This document shows, piece after piece, positions 63,846 to 64,000 of a stretch of 64,000 nucleotides of DNA. Source of the stretch: Octopus bimaculoides. Its lineage: Eukaryota. The stretch covers positions 73,473,361-73,537,360 of the forward strand of contig NC_068989.1 in assembly GCF_001194135.2 (NCBI RefSeq), written 5' to 3'. Each line of letters starts with the position of its first letter. Position 1 is the first letter of the stretch. The translations under genes and the position numbers were made by a program. The notes under the pieces were generated by a model. That model was not told where the DNA came from, did no database searches, and saw nothing but the letters and a program-made list of their open reading frames with translations.

Positions 63846-64000
63846 CATAGTACTCTCAGTAAAGTGGTTGATATTAGGAAGGCCATCCAACCACAGAAAC
63901 CATACAATATATGTGTATGTGTGTATATGTGTTTCTGTGTCTGTGTTTGTCGCTTGACAACCAATGCTGGTGTGTTTACGTCCCCGTAACTTAGCGGTTT

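Overview
This is AT-rich eukaryotic genomic DNA from a short-read assembly with many N gaps, usually next to (TA)n tracts. The repeat families look like those of Octopus (coleoid cephalopod); that assignment is inferred from sequence recognition, not from a database search. I can support only one host coding exon: a 111-nt, phase 1-1 exon at 33919-34029 (+). It encodes (W)NTISNLVMIIPPVFLAVLALRQKLEMRLLMCNISLL, which matches exon 2 of alkaline ceramidase 3 (ACER3). No other ACER3 exon is visible, so most of the window is probably intron. The rest is mobile-element debris. Non-LTR retrotransposon fragments: several RTE families, two R4/Dong pieces in (TAA)n, and one CR1-type 3' end. SINEs: at least four tRNA-derived or unclassified families that mix heads, cores and tails. 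DNA-element derivatives: a mariner MITE and a deleted mariner, five TTAA-flanked piggyBac-like MITEs, and two Helentron-type non-autonomous elements. Nearly all ORFs in the supplied track are artefacts of microsatellites, N runs or SINEs. I found no CRISPR array, rRNA, true tRNA or intact transposon ORF, and I cannot claim a confirmed new system. The best leads are a variable tandem array of double-hairpin units in the RTE 3' UTR, a cluster of (TAA)n-associated retroelements including an unclassified non-coding one, a 48-bp hairpin-containing target-site duplication, a 57-bp array at the head of an unclassified repeat, and modular tail swapping among the SINEs.
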